64,000 nt of DNA from a virus. Taxonomy: Duplodnaviria; Caudoviricetes. Under the pieces are notes generated by a model. That model searched no databases, was not told where the DNA came from, and was given only the letters and a program-made list of their open reading frames with translations. Of this stretch, positions 53,041 through 62,137 are shown one piece after another. How positions within the stretch are numbered: the first letter of the stretch is position 1; every line of letters starts with the position of its first letter. Location of the stretch: positions 21,096 to 85,095 of the IMG/VR virus record IMGVR_UViG_3300002307_000041; one strand, 5' to 3'. The position numbers and the translations under genes are program-made.

Positions 53041-53394
53041 ATGCCAGCAAGTAGCCAAATAATATTACCTAGCACAACACACGATATAACAAATACAAAT
53101 CCAGCATCTGTAATAAGCGATCCTTACAAAGGTGCAGGTTATTATGGATTTGGATTTGGGCTGCATACCGTAAGCTATCAAACTAGTAATTTTATCGGTA
53201 ACATAAAGATGCAAGCAACATTAGCTGCTGCGCCAGATGAAACAGATTGGTTTGATATAGATGGAACACAATTAGATTGTGTATCAACAACTACTACTTC
53301 GCCCATTTATAATTTCACAGGTAACTTTGTATGGGTTAGGGCTATAGTATATTATACAACTGGAACTGTAAACAAAATCACATATAACTATTGA
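53041..53394 (+). CDS. Small beta-rich hypothetical (possibly structural) protein
   Basis: KGAGYYG...GLHTV...NFTGNFVWVRA. Confidence 0.7.
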   Translation: MPASSQIILPSTTHDITNTNPASVISDPYKGAGYYGFGFGLHTVSYQTSNFIGNIKMQATLAAAPDETDWFDIDGTQLDCVSTTTTSPIYNFTGNFVWVRAIVYYTTGTVNKITYNY

Positions 53395-53419
53395 CATGGC
53401 TAGCTTTTAGTGTTATAAT
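53391..53419 (+). promoter_or_regulatory. Consensus sigma70 promoter
   Basis: TTGACA-17 nt-TATAAT. Confidence 0.88.
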
Positions 53420-53441
53420 TTAATTAACATGGAGAAGTTAG

Positions 53442-53657
53442 ATGAAGAATGTCAAGGGCGCAAACAAAACTAAGTGTATGTTAATCCACCCAGAAACAGG
53501 GCAAAAAGTTCCCGCTGATATTCTAAGCAAGGATAAAATGCGTATGACCGTTCGCCCGCAAGGTACTAGGATCGAGATCAATATGGTACGTGGTGATGAG
53601 ACAATACCGTATCGAGGTGCCTTTAATGGACAATACTTCACAGCGCATCTAGATTGA
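53442..53657 (+). CDS. Small basic hypothetical protein
   Basis: SD GGAG after promoter. Confidence 0.7.
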   Translation: MKNVKGANKTKCMLIHPETGQKVPADILSKDKMRMTVRPQGTRIEINMVRGDETIPYRGAFNGQYFTAHLD

Positions 53658-53682
53658 TAAATATCCTAAAGAGGATATTTTT

Positions 53683-54357
53683 ATGGCCGAAATGCGAGAC
53701 CTATTATCTAAGATAGACGGAATTAGTAACGAAGGAGTTATGTCTGCTGCTAGTAGGCTTATGCCCGGCCTTGGTTTTGCATCTAATGCATACGATCTAT
53801 ATAATGGCGAATATTTAAAAGCAGGTCTTGGATTAATAGCAAATACACTAGAACTATTCCCACCCACTTATCCACTAGGGGCAGGAATAAATGTGGGAAT
53901 GGCAGCACACGACATAAGTCAGGCTGTATCTGAACCAACTCCTAACACTCAAATTCCAACAGTAGACGGCGATGCTACTGATCGCGCAAATGCAGCAAGA
54001 GAAGTCGGTCAAAGATTAAGTGGTAGAAAGGTAGAGCAGGTTGCTTCACAAACACCTAATGTTGTTGCCAACACAGAAGCAGCAACAGCATTATCACAGC
54101 AAACAGATCCGCTAACTACTGATGACATATCATCAGTAGTTGGAAATAATTTATCACCAGAGGCGATTTCAAAATTAGCAGCCGAGGCAGCAAAATATGC
54201 ATTACCAGCAGTAGCAATAATAGCACTATTATATGGAGGTAAAGTTTTGTACGATTATCTCACATCAGCTGCTAAAGAAAACCCCTCTGCAAAACATTCT
54301 CTTGCAGAAATGATAGAAACTGTCAGAGCAGAACGTATGATAAGAGAGACACGATAA
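53683..54357 (+). CDS. Hypothetical protein with hydrophobic helices (candidate internal or ejected virion protein)
   Basis: Late promoter GATAAATA plus SD GAGGA; Gly/Ala-rich amphipathic segments. Confidence 0.65.
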   Translation: MAEMRDLLSKIDGISNEGVMSAASRLMPGLGFASNAYDLYNGEYLKAGLGLIANTLELFPPTYPLGAGINVGMAAHDISQAVSEPTPNTQIPTVDGDATDRANAAREVGQRLSGRKVEQVASQTPNVVANTEAATALSQQTDPLTTDDISSVVGNNLSPEAISKLAAEAAKYALPAVAIIALLYGGKVLYDYLTSAAKENPSAKHSLAEMIETVRAERMIRETR

Positions 54358-55505
54358 TGTTATTAAATGAATTGTTTCGTCATCTCAAAGAAGCTGCTCC
54401 CACGATAGGTAGGAAATATCAACATATCGAAGATTTAGTTTTCACTAATGGAGCCAACGGCGGATTGCATGCTGTCGAACGCCTTAAGCATATGGGCAGT
54501 ACACAGGGCGGAAACATAGAACTTAAATGGGACGGAAGCCCGGTCGTGTATTGGGGCAGGGACGATCAAGGAAGATTTAGTCTAATTCCTAAAAATGCTT
54601 GGGAATATCTAAAGCGTGGAAAGACACAGCTCGACAACGGTGTTCCTACTGTTATGTATAATCCTAAAGACATTAGTGCATTTATTTTAGGTACCGGAAA
54701 ACCAGATCCCGAAAAAGAAAAAGCTAGACAGGCATATGCTAATCAGATAGCAGGCCTTTGGAAATATTTTGAATCAGTTAGTCCAGATAGGGGATATCTC
54801 GAAGGCGGGTTGCTTTTCTATCCAGGTGCTGAACCACAATACAATACAAACACAGGCGAATATGATTTCCAACCAAATCTAACACAATTCCATATACCAG
54901 GAAACAGTGTACTTGGACAACGCATTAAAAATGCAAAAGTAATGGTAGCAGCTACTGGATACTATCCTGCACTAGGCAGCAGTGAAGAGAGCCGCTATCC
55001 AGATGCAGAAAAACTATCTACACAGGATGTAATAGTACAGGGTACAACATATGTAGAACACGCACCAGGCGCAGACGAAGCAGAACTAGCTGCTGCTTCT
55101 AAATTTATATCCAGTAATGCCCAAGCTATTGATGCGTTCTTAAGTCCAAAACCTGGATTAAGCAAACCAGGAGATGTTCTTTATAAATTCTTCAATCAAA
55201 ATCTACGTGTAGAAGGTGTAAAGAAAAAGTTCCAAGATTGGGCTATGCAGAATCTCTCACAGAAGCAAGCTGCTACTATAATCAATGATCCGGGACTAGA
55301 TACTGTTCTATCTGCTGTAGAGCTGCTCACAAAAGAAAAAATGAAAATCATAGATTCGTTAAGTAAAGGTAGACACGGAGACATACGCCAAACAAGGCCC
55401 GAAGGATATGTACAAGCACACCCAGGAGGAGAGTTTGCAAACGATCTCCCAGGGCAGTTTGTAAAAACTATAGATCAAGCCAATTGGTCTCCGAGGAAAG
55501 ATTAA
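54357..55505 (+). CDS. Conserved T4-like-phage protein with KxDG motif (ligase/nucleotidyltransferase-like fold suspected)
   Basis: QHIEDL...IELKWDGSPVVYWG...EGGLLF...PEGYV...KTIDQANWS. Confidence 0.6.
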   Translation: MLLNELFRHLKEAAPTIGRKYQHIEDLVFTNGANGGLHAVERLKHMGSTQGGNIELKWDGSPVVYWGRDDQGRFSLIPKNAWEYLKRGKTQLDNGVPTVMYNPKDISAFILGTGKPDPEKEKARQAYANQIAGLWKYFESVSPDRGYLEGGLLFYPGAEPQYNTNTGEYDFQPNLTQFHIPGNSVLGQRIKNAKVMVAATGYYPALGSSEESRYPDAEKLSTQDVIVQGTTYVEHAPGADEAELAAASKFISSNAQAIDAFLSPKPGLSKPGDVLYKFFNQNLRVEGVKKKFQDWAMQNLSQKQAATIINDPGLDTVLSAVELLTKEKMKIIDSLSKGRHGDIRQTRPEGYVQAHPGGEFANDLPGQFVKTIDQANWSPRKD

Positions 55506-57757
55506 TGTTTTTAAGAGAGTTATTAAAAGAAACCCTAACTAGGACAGGACACGGAAGCACTGCTGTCGTTGGATGGGGGCGCGGTATGGGACATAAAGGC
55601 CATATGTATCTAGCCAGCGCAGTTATACACAAAGCACAAGAAGTAAATGGAGATCCTTATTTTGTAGTGAGCAGGACTGTAGGAAAAGATGATCCTATTA
55701 ATCCAGAAGAGAAGATGGCTATCTATAAGAAAGTGTTTCCAGATAGCAGTCATATCTTCCAAACTGCTACAGATGAGATGCCTGATTTGACTCGTGTGCT
55801 GTCAAACCTGAATCAGCAGGGCTATACTAACGCTATCGTAGTAGTCGGTGCTGATCAAGTTAAGGCCCTTGCATATGTTAAGAATTATAACAATACCCCA
55901 GACAAAACTGGAAAGGTACATTATAAATTCGATAATCTAGAAGTTATTAGCAGACAAGAAACAGCTGCACCCGATGCACAAGAAGAGGGCCCACGTGCCA
56001 CACCTATGCGACAGGTATTACTAGATCCTACAAAGAGTGAAGAAGAAAAGTTTGCAGTATGGCGCGATGCGATGAATCCTGAGATAGACGATGCTCAGGT
56101 TATGGATCTAATGCGTAAGGCAGAACAGCGCATGAAAGCTATGCCTTCTAAAAAAAAAGTTAGCGAAGCAAACGACATAGGAAGTCCAGTTGGTGGTAAG
56201 CGCGGTAGTGGAGAACCCGCAGCGGGGTATGACACAGATGTTATGCGCCAAGCAACAGGAACTATGGAAGATGATTCTGAGGTACACGGATATCATCATC
56301 TGGACGAATTGCTAGCAGGACTGTGTAAAATGGTAGTAGAAGGACATAAGCAGGATCCTCAACGCAATGGGTTAGTAGCAGCAGGAATCAAGACCAAACT
56401 TTATCCATTCATGGCCAGGGTAGGTTATATGGGCAAACATGGACACGTACACGCAGAACGTGCTGTACTAGAAGCATTTACTAGCAAACACGGAGAAGTG
56501 CCTGAAGGCAGCATAATGCTAGTTACTCTAAGTCCTTGCAACAGGCACGATGATAAAACTGCTAGTGAGAGAGTTGGAGAACCTTGTAGCGAATTAGTAG
56601 CAGCACACGGTATTGAAAAAGTTTACTGTGGATTAATAGATCCTAGCCAAGCACACGGCGGACACGATCACAGGCATTACAATCTGATAGAAACAGAAAA
56701 TGAAAGCATACGAGAACTTTGCGAAGAGTTTGCAAATACTTTTTTGCACGGAAGAGAACGCATCTATGAATCTACAAATTTTAAGAAATCATTGCGCGAC
56801 CAACTAAACAGGTGGATGGAACGTGATCAAGAGTTCAAAGACCCCACACAGCGCATACAGTTCCAGGAAGAGATTTGGCCGCGCATAGAAAAATACATGG
56901 TAGAAATACTAGAGGATGTAGGAGAAAAAGGCAATGGAGACTATCCTAGTTCCCCGTATTCTACTTGGCTGCTTGTGCAGCATATGGACGCCTTCCCAAA
57001 CAGGCAGCGTGAATTCTTAAATGCCTTAGAACAGTACATACCTAATCATCCCAAGATACAGTTCTTAAGAGATAGAGTAGCTGTTAACGAATGGGTCCAG
57101 GAACACTACACAGAAAAGAAATTCTATCATAACGGAAAACCTCTATCTAAACCTACAGTAAACATACGTAATCCTGCCATGTTTAAAGATGCAGGAATAA
57201 AGGCTGAAACAAGATCCGAAGCACTAGCTAATGCTAAGAAAGCAGGCAATGTGCTGTTGGTCGCTGCTGTTAATGCTACAGGTGCAGAGACACAGCCGAG
57301 CTACACACAGACTAGTGAAAGTATAGACGAGTCCCTTGATGCTTCATATAAGTTTAAGTATATCGGACAAACAGAAGATAATATGTATACCTATACATTT
57401 ACACCAAAGGGCGTATCTAAAATCAGTGTTAGTATATTCCACGATCCTACCGATAAAAGGGTAGGTCATGTTACTTTCCAACGAGACGAAGACGAAACTG
57501 AAAAGCTAACTGGTGAGCATCCAACTACTGCTGCTAGGGTCTTAGGTACTGTAAAACATATCATCGCTTACCATATGAAAAAATTCCCACAGATTAAAAC
57601 GATTAAGTTTGAAGCGGATCAAAAAGAACCTAGCCGGGTGCGGGCATACGGTGCATTAGCAAAAAGATTTGGTGGGAAGTCAGATACAACCAATAAAAGA
57701 TATGCTTCGTATGAATTTCCAAACGCTGCTGCTATTGCTAGAGGAAAAATCAAATGA
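55505..57757 (+). CDS. Multi-domain protein: HxGH cytidylyltransferase-like domain, cytidine/dCMP-deaminase-like domain, and unknown domains
   Basis: GRGMGHKGH, VVGADQ, SRQE; HAERAV...TLSPC...PC...VYCG; acidic xxE linkers. Confidence 0.75.
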   Translation: MFLRELLKETLTRTGHGSTAVVGWGRGMGHKGHMYLASAVIHKAQEVNGDPYFVVSRTVGKDDPINPEEKMAIYKKVFPDSSHIFQTATDEMPDLTRVLSNLNQQGYTNAIVVVGADQVKALAYVKNYNNTPDKTGKVHYKFDNLEVISRQETAAPDAQEEGPRATPMRQVLLDPTKSEEEKFAVWRDAMNPEIDDAQVMDLMRKAEQRMKAMPSKKKVSEANDIGSPVGGKRGSGEPAAGYDTDVMRQATGTMEDDSEVHGYHHLDELLAGLCKMVVEGHKQDPQRNGLVAAGIKTKLYPFMARVGYMGKHGHVHAERAVLEAFTSKHGEVPEGSIMLVTLSPCNRHDDKTASERVGEPCSELVAAHGIEKVYCGLIDPSQAHGGHDHRHYNLIETENESIRELCEEFANTFLHGRERIYESTNFKKSLRDQLNRWMERDQEFKDPTQRIQFQEEIWPRIEKYMVEILEDVGEKGNGDYPSSPYSTWLLVQHMDAFPNRQREFLNALEQYIPNHPKIQFLRDRVAVNEWVQEHYTEKKFYHNGKPLSKPTVNIRNPAMFKDAGIKAETRSEALANAKKAGNVLLVAAVNATGAETQPSYTQTSESIDESLDASYKFKYIGQTEDNMYTYTFTPKGVSKISVSIFHDPTDKRVGHVTFQRDEDETEKLTGEHPTTAARVLGTVKHIIAYHMKKFPQIKTIKFEADQKEPSRVRAYGALAKRFGGKSDTTNKRYASYEFPNAAAIARGKIK

Positions 57758-58065
57758 AACAATATAAAATAACTTCAGCGGATCTAAATCAAACCAGTGA
57801 GGATGATTGTTATCTAGCTCCGGATGATCCTATACACGAGCTCAAAACATTAGCTGGACTCGGCGGGTTAGGCGGGCAAGCTAGATTAGCGGAATATCGC
57901 GCATCTAAGATGCAGGAAAATATTAGCGACACTGGTATGGAAAAAGTTAACCTAATGAAAGCTAACAACATACAACCAGGCACTCCAGAGTGGTTCCAGT
58001 TATGGTTTAGTAGACCATATCTAACTGGAGAACCACCTGTAGGTGTACGAGGACGCAAAAAGTAA
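57754..58065 (+). CDS. Conserved phage hypothetical protein
   Basis: MKQYKIT...NIQPGTPEWFQLWFSRPYLTGE. Confidence 0.72.
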   Translation: MKQYKITSADLNQTSEDDCYLAPDDPIHELKTLAGLGGLGGQARLAEYRASKMQENISDTGMEKVNLMKANNIQPGTPEWFQLWFSRPYLTGEPPVGVRGRKK

Positions 58066-58422
58066 TCAGCAGGATGCTAACATACTCATACGCAACGCAC
58101 ATACTTTTTCAACTGTATTATCTTTTATTTCATATACAACAACCTGAGGACGATTAGTACCACGATGCAGTTCAATTTGTATATCCAAACTTTTAGGAAG
58201 GATCATTCCCTGCTGTAGTAGGCAATAATGAGGGTCGCTGCGTAGCTCTGCCATTAGTGTTTTATCTAACCAGCAGCGGGCAAGTATAGCACCGAGACAA
58301 TCAACTATATCTGCTTTGATTGTTTCAACGTCCAATATTTTAAACTCAGCATACTCATAGTTGTTATTTTGTTTGCTACGGAAATAGGTTATACGCGGAT
58401 CACTGTACACTGTAGGCAACAT
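58066..58422 (-). CDS. Hypothetical protein with NHLP-leader / nitrile-hydratase-alpha-like segment
   Basis: LGAILARCWLDKTLMAELRSDPHYCLLQQGMILPKSLDIQI. Confidence 0.5.
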   Translation of the reverse strand: MLPTVYSDPRITYFRSKQNNNYEYAEFKILDVETIKADIVDCLGAILARCWLDKTLMAELRSDPHYCLLQQGMILPKSLDIQIELHRGTNRPQVVVYEIKDNTVEKVCALRMSMLASC

Positions 58423-58514
58423 GATACTCTCCGTGCTTGTTAGCTTAAACAGTATACTATCTAGATGCTAATAAAAAGTTAATAGACATAATTTAAAATG
58501 GAAATAAATAGAGT

Positions 58515-60143
58515 ATGAGATTAAATGAAGTTACAGATACAGATGTAAACAAAATGGTTTTCCTGTTTGGAGAACTGTTAAAGATCTGTAAAGAAGAATT
58601 AGGATTTGATAAGCTACCTAGGATTAACTGGGTAAGCGATAGCAGCTATGGCACAAAATTCCATAGCTTCGGAAGTTTCCAGCCTGATGCAGGTATTGTT
58701 ACCGTTAGCATAACTGGAAGACATATCATAGATATGATGAGAACTCTGGCACACGAATTAGTGCATTATAAACAAATGCTTGATGGTAGGCTTACTCCTA
58801 ACGCCGGCGAAACAGGTAGTCCTATAGAAAACGAAGCCAATGCAATGGCAGGTGTCATTATGCGCAAGTTCGACCATAAACATCCTGAGGCATTTAGTAT
58901 AAAGCCTATTATGGAAGATACTAGGATTAAACTTAATAGATTACTAGCAGAAGGACAGCCTGCTCCTCAACAAAAGCCAGCAGCACGCTCAACTCCGGCA
59001 GCTCCTCCAGAAGATAATTTCGTTACTGGTGTTGCTAAAGGAATTGGCTCTGCTATAAATCCTGCAAACTGGTTAGGCAGTGGTCCAGATAAACAACTAC
59101 AACAAAACGTAAAAAATGTAGTACAGAATCCAAATCAAGGAAATGTCGGAAATGTTGTAGGACAAGGGATCGTAAACAATGCACCAGGTACAGGTAATGT
59201 TAAGAATGCAGCATCGGCAGTAAGCAACACTGTAGATACTGTAACTAATGTAGCCAGGGGCGATTTCAAGGGTGCTGCAAACAGTGCTATCGATGCAGGA
59301 ACTAATGCACTAGGTGCTGTATTTCCGTTAGCTGGAACAGCAGCCAGTGCAGCAACTAGTTTATTTAGAAACAGCAAGCCAGCAGAACCAGGTAGCTATC
59401 CAGGAAATAGTAATAACGAAGATCAAGCTATAAACGAGCTAAATGATCTTTTGGCTGAAGGATCAGTTGAACTGGGACACATCTATGGTACTAAAAAATT
59501 GCCGGCAACTAAAGACAAAATCCATTCTGCAGACAGAGGTAAAATACACAGAGGATTAAAAGTAACAGAAGTTATCGGCACAGGTAAACCAGAAGTGTAT
59601 GTAGACATGGATGGAGTATTAGCTGACTTTTTTAGCGACTGGAATCGTATGGTAGGAGTAGGCCACTGGAAAGAGATTGAAGATCCAGAAGCTGCACTCG
59701 ATATGATACGCAATCATCCTACATTTTGGATAGACCTAAAACCATTATCAAATGCCCCTAGGTTGCTAGGTGCTATCAAAAAATTCGCAGGCAAGTACGA
59801 CATTTGTACTAGCCCATTGGGTAAAGATCCAAATTGCGAACCTCAGAAAAGAGAATGGGTGCAAAAATATCTATCAGCATTCAGTCCGGACGAAGTACAC
59901 GTTACACATAACAAACCTCAGTTTGCAAAACAAGCCGACGGTACTCCTAACATTTTAATAGATGATTTTGGTAAAAATATACGAGCGTGGGAAGCAGCTG
60001 GTGGAATAGGTATACACTACGAAAACAAAAATGCCAATAGTGCAATACAGCAATTAAAAGCTGCTATGGTACCTCATCCTCAAACCAGCGACGATCAACC
60101 CAAATTGGCCACTGCATTCCAGGGAAAATCCACAGGTCTGTAA
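58515..60143 (+). CDS. Fusion: HExxH metallopeptidase-like domain, low-complexity linker, and HAD 5'(3')-deoxyribonucleotidase
   Basis: RTLAHELVH...ENEANA; YVDMDGVLADF...TSP...K...ILIDD..KNI..WEAAGGIGIH. Confidence 0.82.
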   Translation: MRLNEVTDTDVNKMVFLFGELLKICKEELGFDKLPRINWVSDSSYGTKFHSFGSFQPDAGIVTVSITGRHIIDMMRTLAHELVHYKQMLDGRLTPNAGETGSPIENEANAMAGVIMRKFDHKHPEAFSIKPIMEDTRIKLNRLLAEGQPAPQQKPAARSTPAAPPEDNFVTGVAKGIGSAINPANWLGSGPDKQLQQNVKNVVQNPNQGNVGNVVGQGIVNNAPGTGNVKNAASAVSNTVDTVTNVARGDFKGAANSAIDAGTNALGAVFPLAGTAASAATSLFRNSKPAEPGSYPGNSNNEDQAINELNDLLAEGSVELGHIYGTKKLPATKDKIHSADRGKIHRGLKVTEVIGTGKPEVYVDMDGVLADFFSDWNRMVGVGHWKEIEDPEAALDMIRNHPTFWIDLKPLSNAPRLLGAIKKFAGKYDICTSPLGKDPNCEPQKREWVQKYLSAFSPDEVHVTHNKPQFAKQADGTPNILIDDFGKNIRAWEAAGGIGIHYENKNANSAIQQLKAAMVPHPQTSDDQPKLATAFQGKSTGL

Positions 60144-60223
60144 AATCTGCGCTTTCAAAAGCCTCAGAAATTTTTGAGACTACTATTTTAATCATAAATA
60201 TACTTATATTAAAAGGAGTATTT

Positions 60224-61057
60224 ATGAAAACACACATATTATCAGCAGCACTGTTCTTTGGCCTAATTGGAACAGCAGCAGCTTGGGATCAGAAACCCAA
60301 TCAGCCAATCGCAGCTTGTGCAGCACAAGTACCGTACGGTGCACCAACACTAAACAAGCCAAACACAGTAGTAAGATGCAATACTGCATACGCACTACAG
60401 CACGATAATGCTGCTAAGATTCCGGCGTGGGTAGCATATACACTAACTCCTGCACACGCTATAGGATGTGTGGCTCGTACCAATGCGTTCGTAGCAGATG
60501 CTGCACTTGGAGCAGGTAGTGCTAAACCCTCAGATTATGCAGGCACAGGATACGACCAGGGACACCTTGCACCAGACGGAGATATGAGTTGGGATGTACA
60601 GGTTGAGTTTGAATCATTCTTAATGAGTAACATGAGCCCACAGTTACCAAATCTAAACAGAGGTATTTGGAAGGCATTAGAAAGCAATGTCCGTGCTTGG
60701 GCATATGGCAACAATCAAGCATATACTGTTTACGCAGGAAACATCTATACTGTAGGTAAGAGCAAGACTATCGGAACTGGAGTAGTTGTTCCAGACTTCC
60801 TTTATAAGATCGTGATTAACAATGCCACTAAACAGGCACTGGCATTTACTTTCCCGCAGGTAGCTTCACAGCCAATCGATCTTCCAGCACATTTAGTCAG
60901 CATTGCTAGCATCGAAGCAGCTACAGGTATTAGTTTTCCAGTTCCTCCGGGAGTTGATAAGACTAAGCCCGCTACCGCAGTTTGGCCAGTTGACCTGAAG
61001 AAAACGGCGGATGCTAAGAAAACCCAGTGCAAGGGAGCACCTGGCACTGAAGACTGA
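60224..61057 (+). CDS. Secreted DNA/RNA non-specific endonuclease (NucA/Serratia family)
   Basis: Signal peptide; YAGTGYDQGHLAP; FLMSNMSPQ..LNRGIWKALE..VR; VPDFLYKIV. Confidence 0.92.
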   Translation: MKTHILSAALFFGLIGTAAAWDQKPNQPIAACAAQVPYGAPTLNKPNTVVRCNTAYALQHDNAAKIPAWVAYTLTPAHAIGCVARTNAFVADAALGAGSAKPSDYAGTGYDQGHLAPDGDMSWDVQVEFESFLMSNMSPQLPNLNRGIWKALESNVRAWAYGNNQAYTVYAGNIYTVGKSKTIGTGVVVPDFLYKIVINNATKQALAFTFPQVASQPIDLPAHLVSIASIEAATGISFPVPPGVDKTKPATAVWPVDLKKTADAKKTQCKGAPGTED

Positions 61058-61068
61058 TAAATATCTTT

Positions 61069-61326
61069 ATGAAAATTAAAGAATTGTTAGAAACAGCATC
61101 AATGGGGGCAACAAGTAGTGCAAGCGTAGGCACTGTAGTTAGTCCCCATCTTGCTATCGGAAAGAAGCGTGGACACACGAGTTACACTGGATCTCCGGGC
61201 AAGAGCGGAACTAAGGCCCCAAAGCCTCCTAAAGTACATCAACCTAAGACTAAATCAGGCACTGCCGTAAATGCGCTCGATATGAAGGGCACAAGTATTT
61301 TCGGTGGTCCAGCTATCAAGAGATAA
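61069..61326 (+). CDS. Small basic protein starting MKIKELLE (candidate internal head protein)
   Basis: TAAATA 5 nt before ATG; Lys/Pro/Gly-rich. Confidence 0.7.
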   Translation: MKIKELLETASMGATSSASVGTVVSPHLAIGKKRGHTSYTGSPGKSGTKAPKPPKVHQPKTKSGTAVNALDMKGTSIFGGPAIKR

Positions 61327-61338
61327 CAGGAGTAAATT

Positions 61339-61803
61339 ATGGATAATCTTCAACCAATGCCACAAACCGAGCACGACGACGAAGGCAGTATGGCCCGTGG
61401 TGAACTTTATAATGCTATAAAGAACGGTATAGAATTATTCAAAATGATACAACCAGGACAGCCGCTAGAAGGTTGGGTACAATCCAAAATTACTAGGGCA
61501 GCTGACTATCTAAACACAGTACACGACTATATGGCCTATGAAAACAAGGCAAATGATCAAGTCGGTGAAGAATATATGGAATCATTGGACTATGGTCTAC
61601 AAATGATGATATATGAGGCTAAGAAAAAGCCCAGCGCAGGTATGAGCAAAACTGCTAAGAGTAATCTAGTAAAGAAAGCTAAAGCAGGAAAAGATATCGG
61701 CAAAAAAGGCAAGAGTTTCGACAAGGTAGCTAAGGCTGCTGGCGGTGGAGAAAAGGGCAAGAAGATTGCCGCTGCCGCTATGTGGAAAAACGCCGGAAAA
61801 TAA
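61339..61803 (+). CDS. Head-core-like protein with histone-like basic C-terminus
   Basis: EGSMARGEL...LEGWVQSKIT.AADYL; KKAKAGKDIGKKGK tail; SD AGGAG. Confidence 0.65.
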   Translation: MDNLQPMPQTEHDDEGSMARGELYNAIKNGIELFKMIQPGQPLEGWVQSKITRAADYLNTVHDYMAYENKANDQVGEEYMESLDYGLQMMIYEAKKKPSAGMSKTAKSNLVKKAKAGKDIGKKGKSFDKVAKAAGGGEKGKKIAAAAMWKNAGK

Positions 61804-61867
61804 TCTAAAAATCTATAACTAATCCATTCGAGTAATCGCTCGAAATCTTATTATAAGGAGTAGTGTC

Positions 61868-62125
61868 ATGCTTACAGGAATTGAAACCAACAATTGGTTT
61901 GATAGTGATATCATATGGGAAGATTTTACACAAAAAGCAAAGCAAGTGAAAAAGCATGGTGGATTAAAAAGACGGGCAGCTGGATATCTAAAAAATCGAT
62001 ATACAGAACGAGATCTCATAAAAAAGACACGCAAGATACGTAGAAGTAGTGAGAAGGTTGAACGTGCTCGAGGATCACAGTTAACTAGACTAGCCAATTG
62101 GTATCTACAATCGCAACGACGCTAA
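61868..62125 (+). CDS. Small basic hypothetical protein
   Basis: SD AAGGAG; Arg/Lys-rich. Confidence 0.65.
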   Translation: MLTGIETNNWFDSDIIWEDFTQKAKQVKKHGGLKRRAAGYLKNRYTERDLIKKTRKIRRSSEKVERARGSQLTRLANWYLQSQRR

Positions 62126-62137
62126 CATAAATACTGT

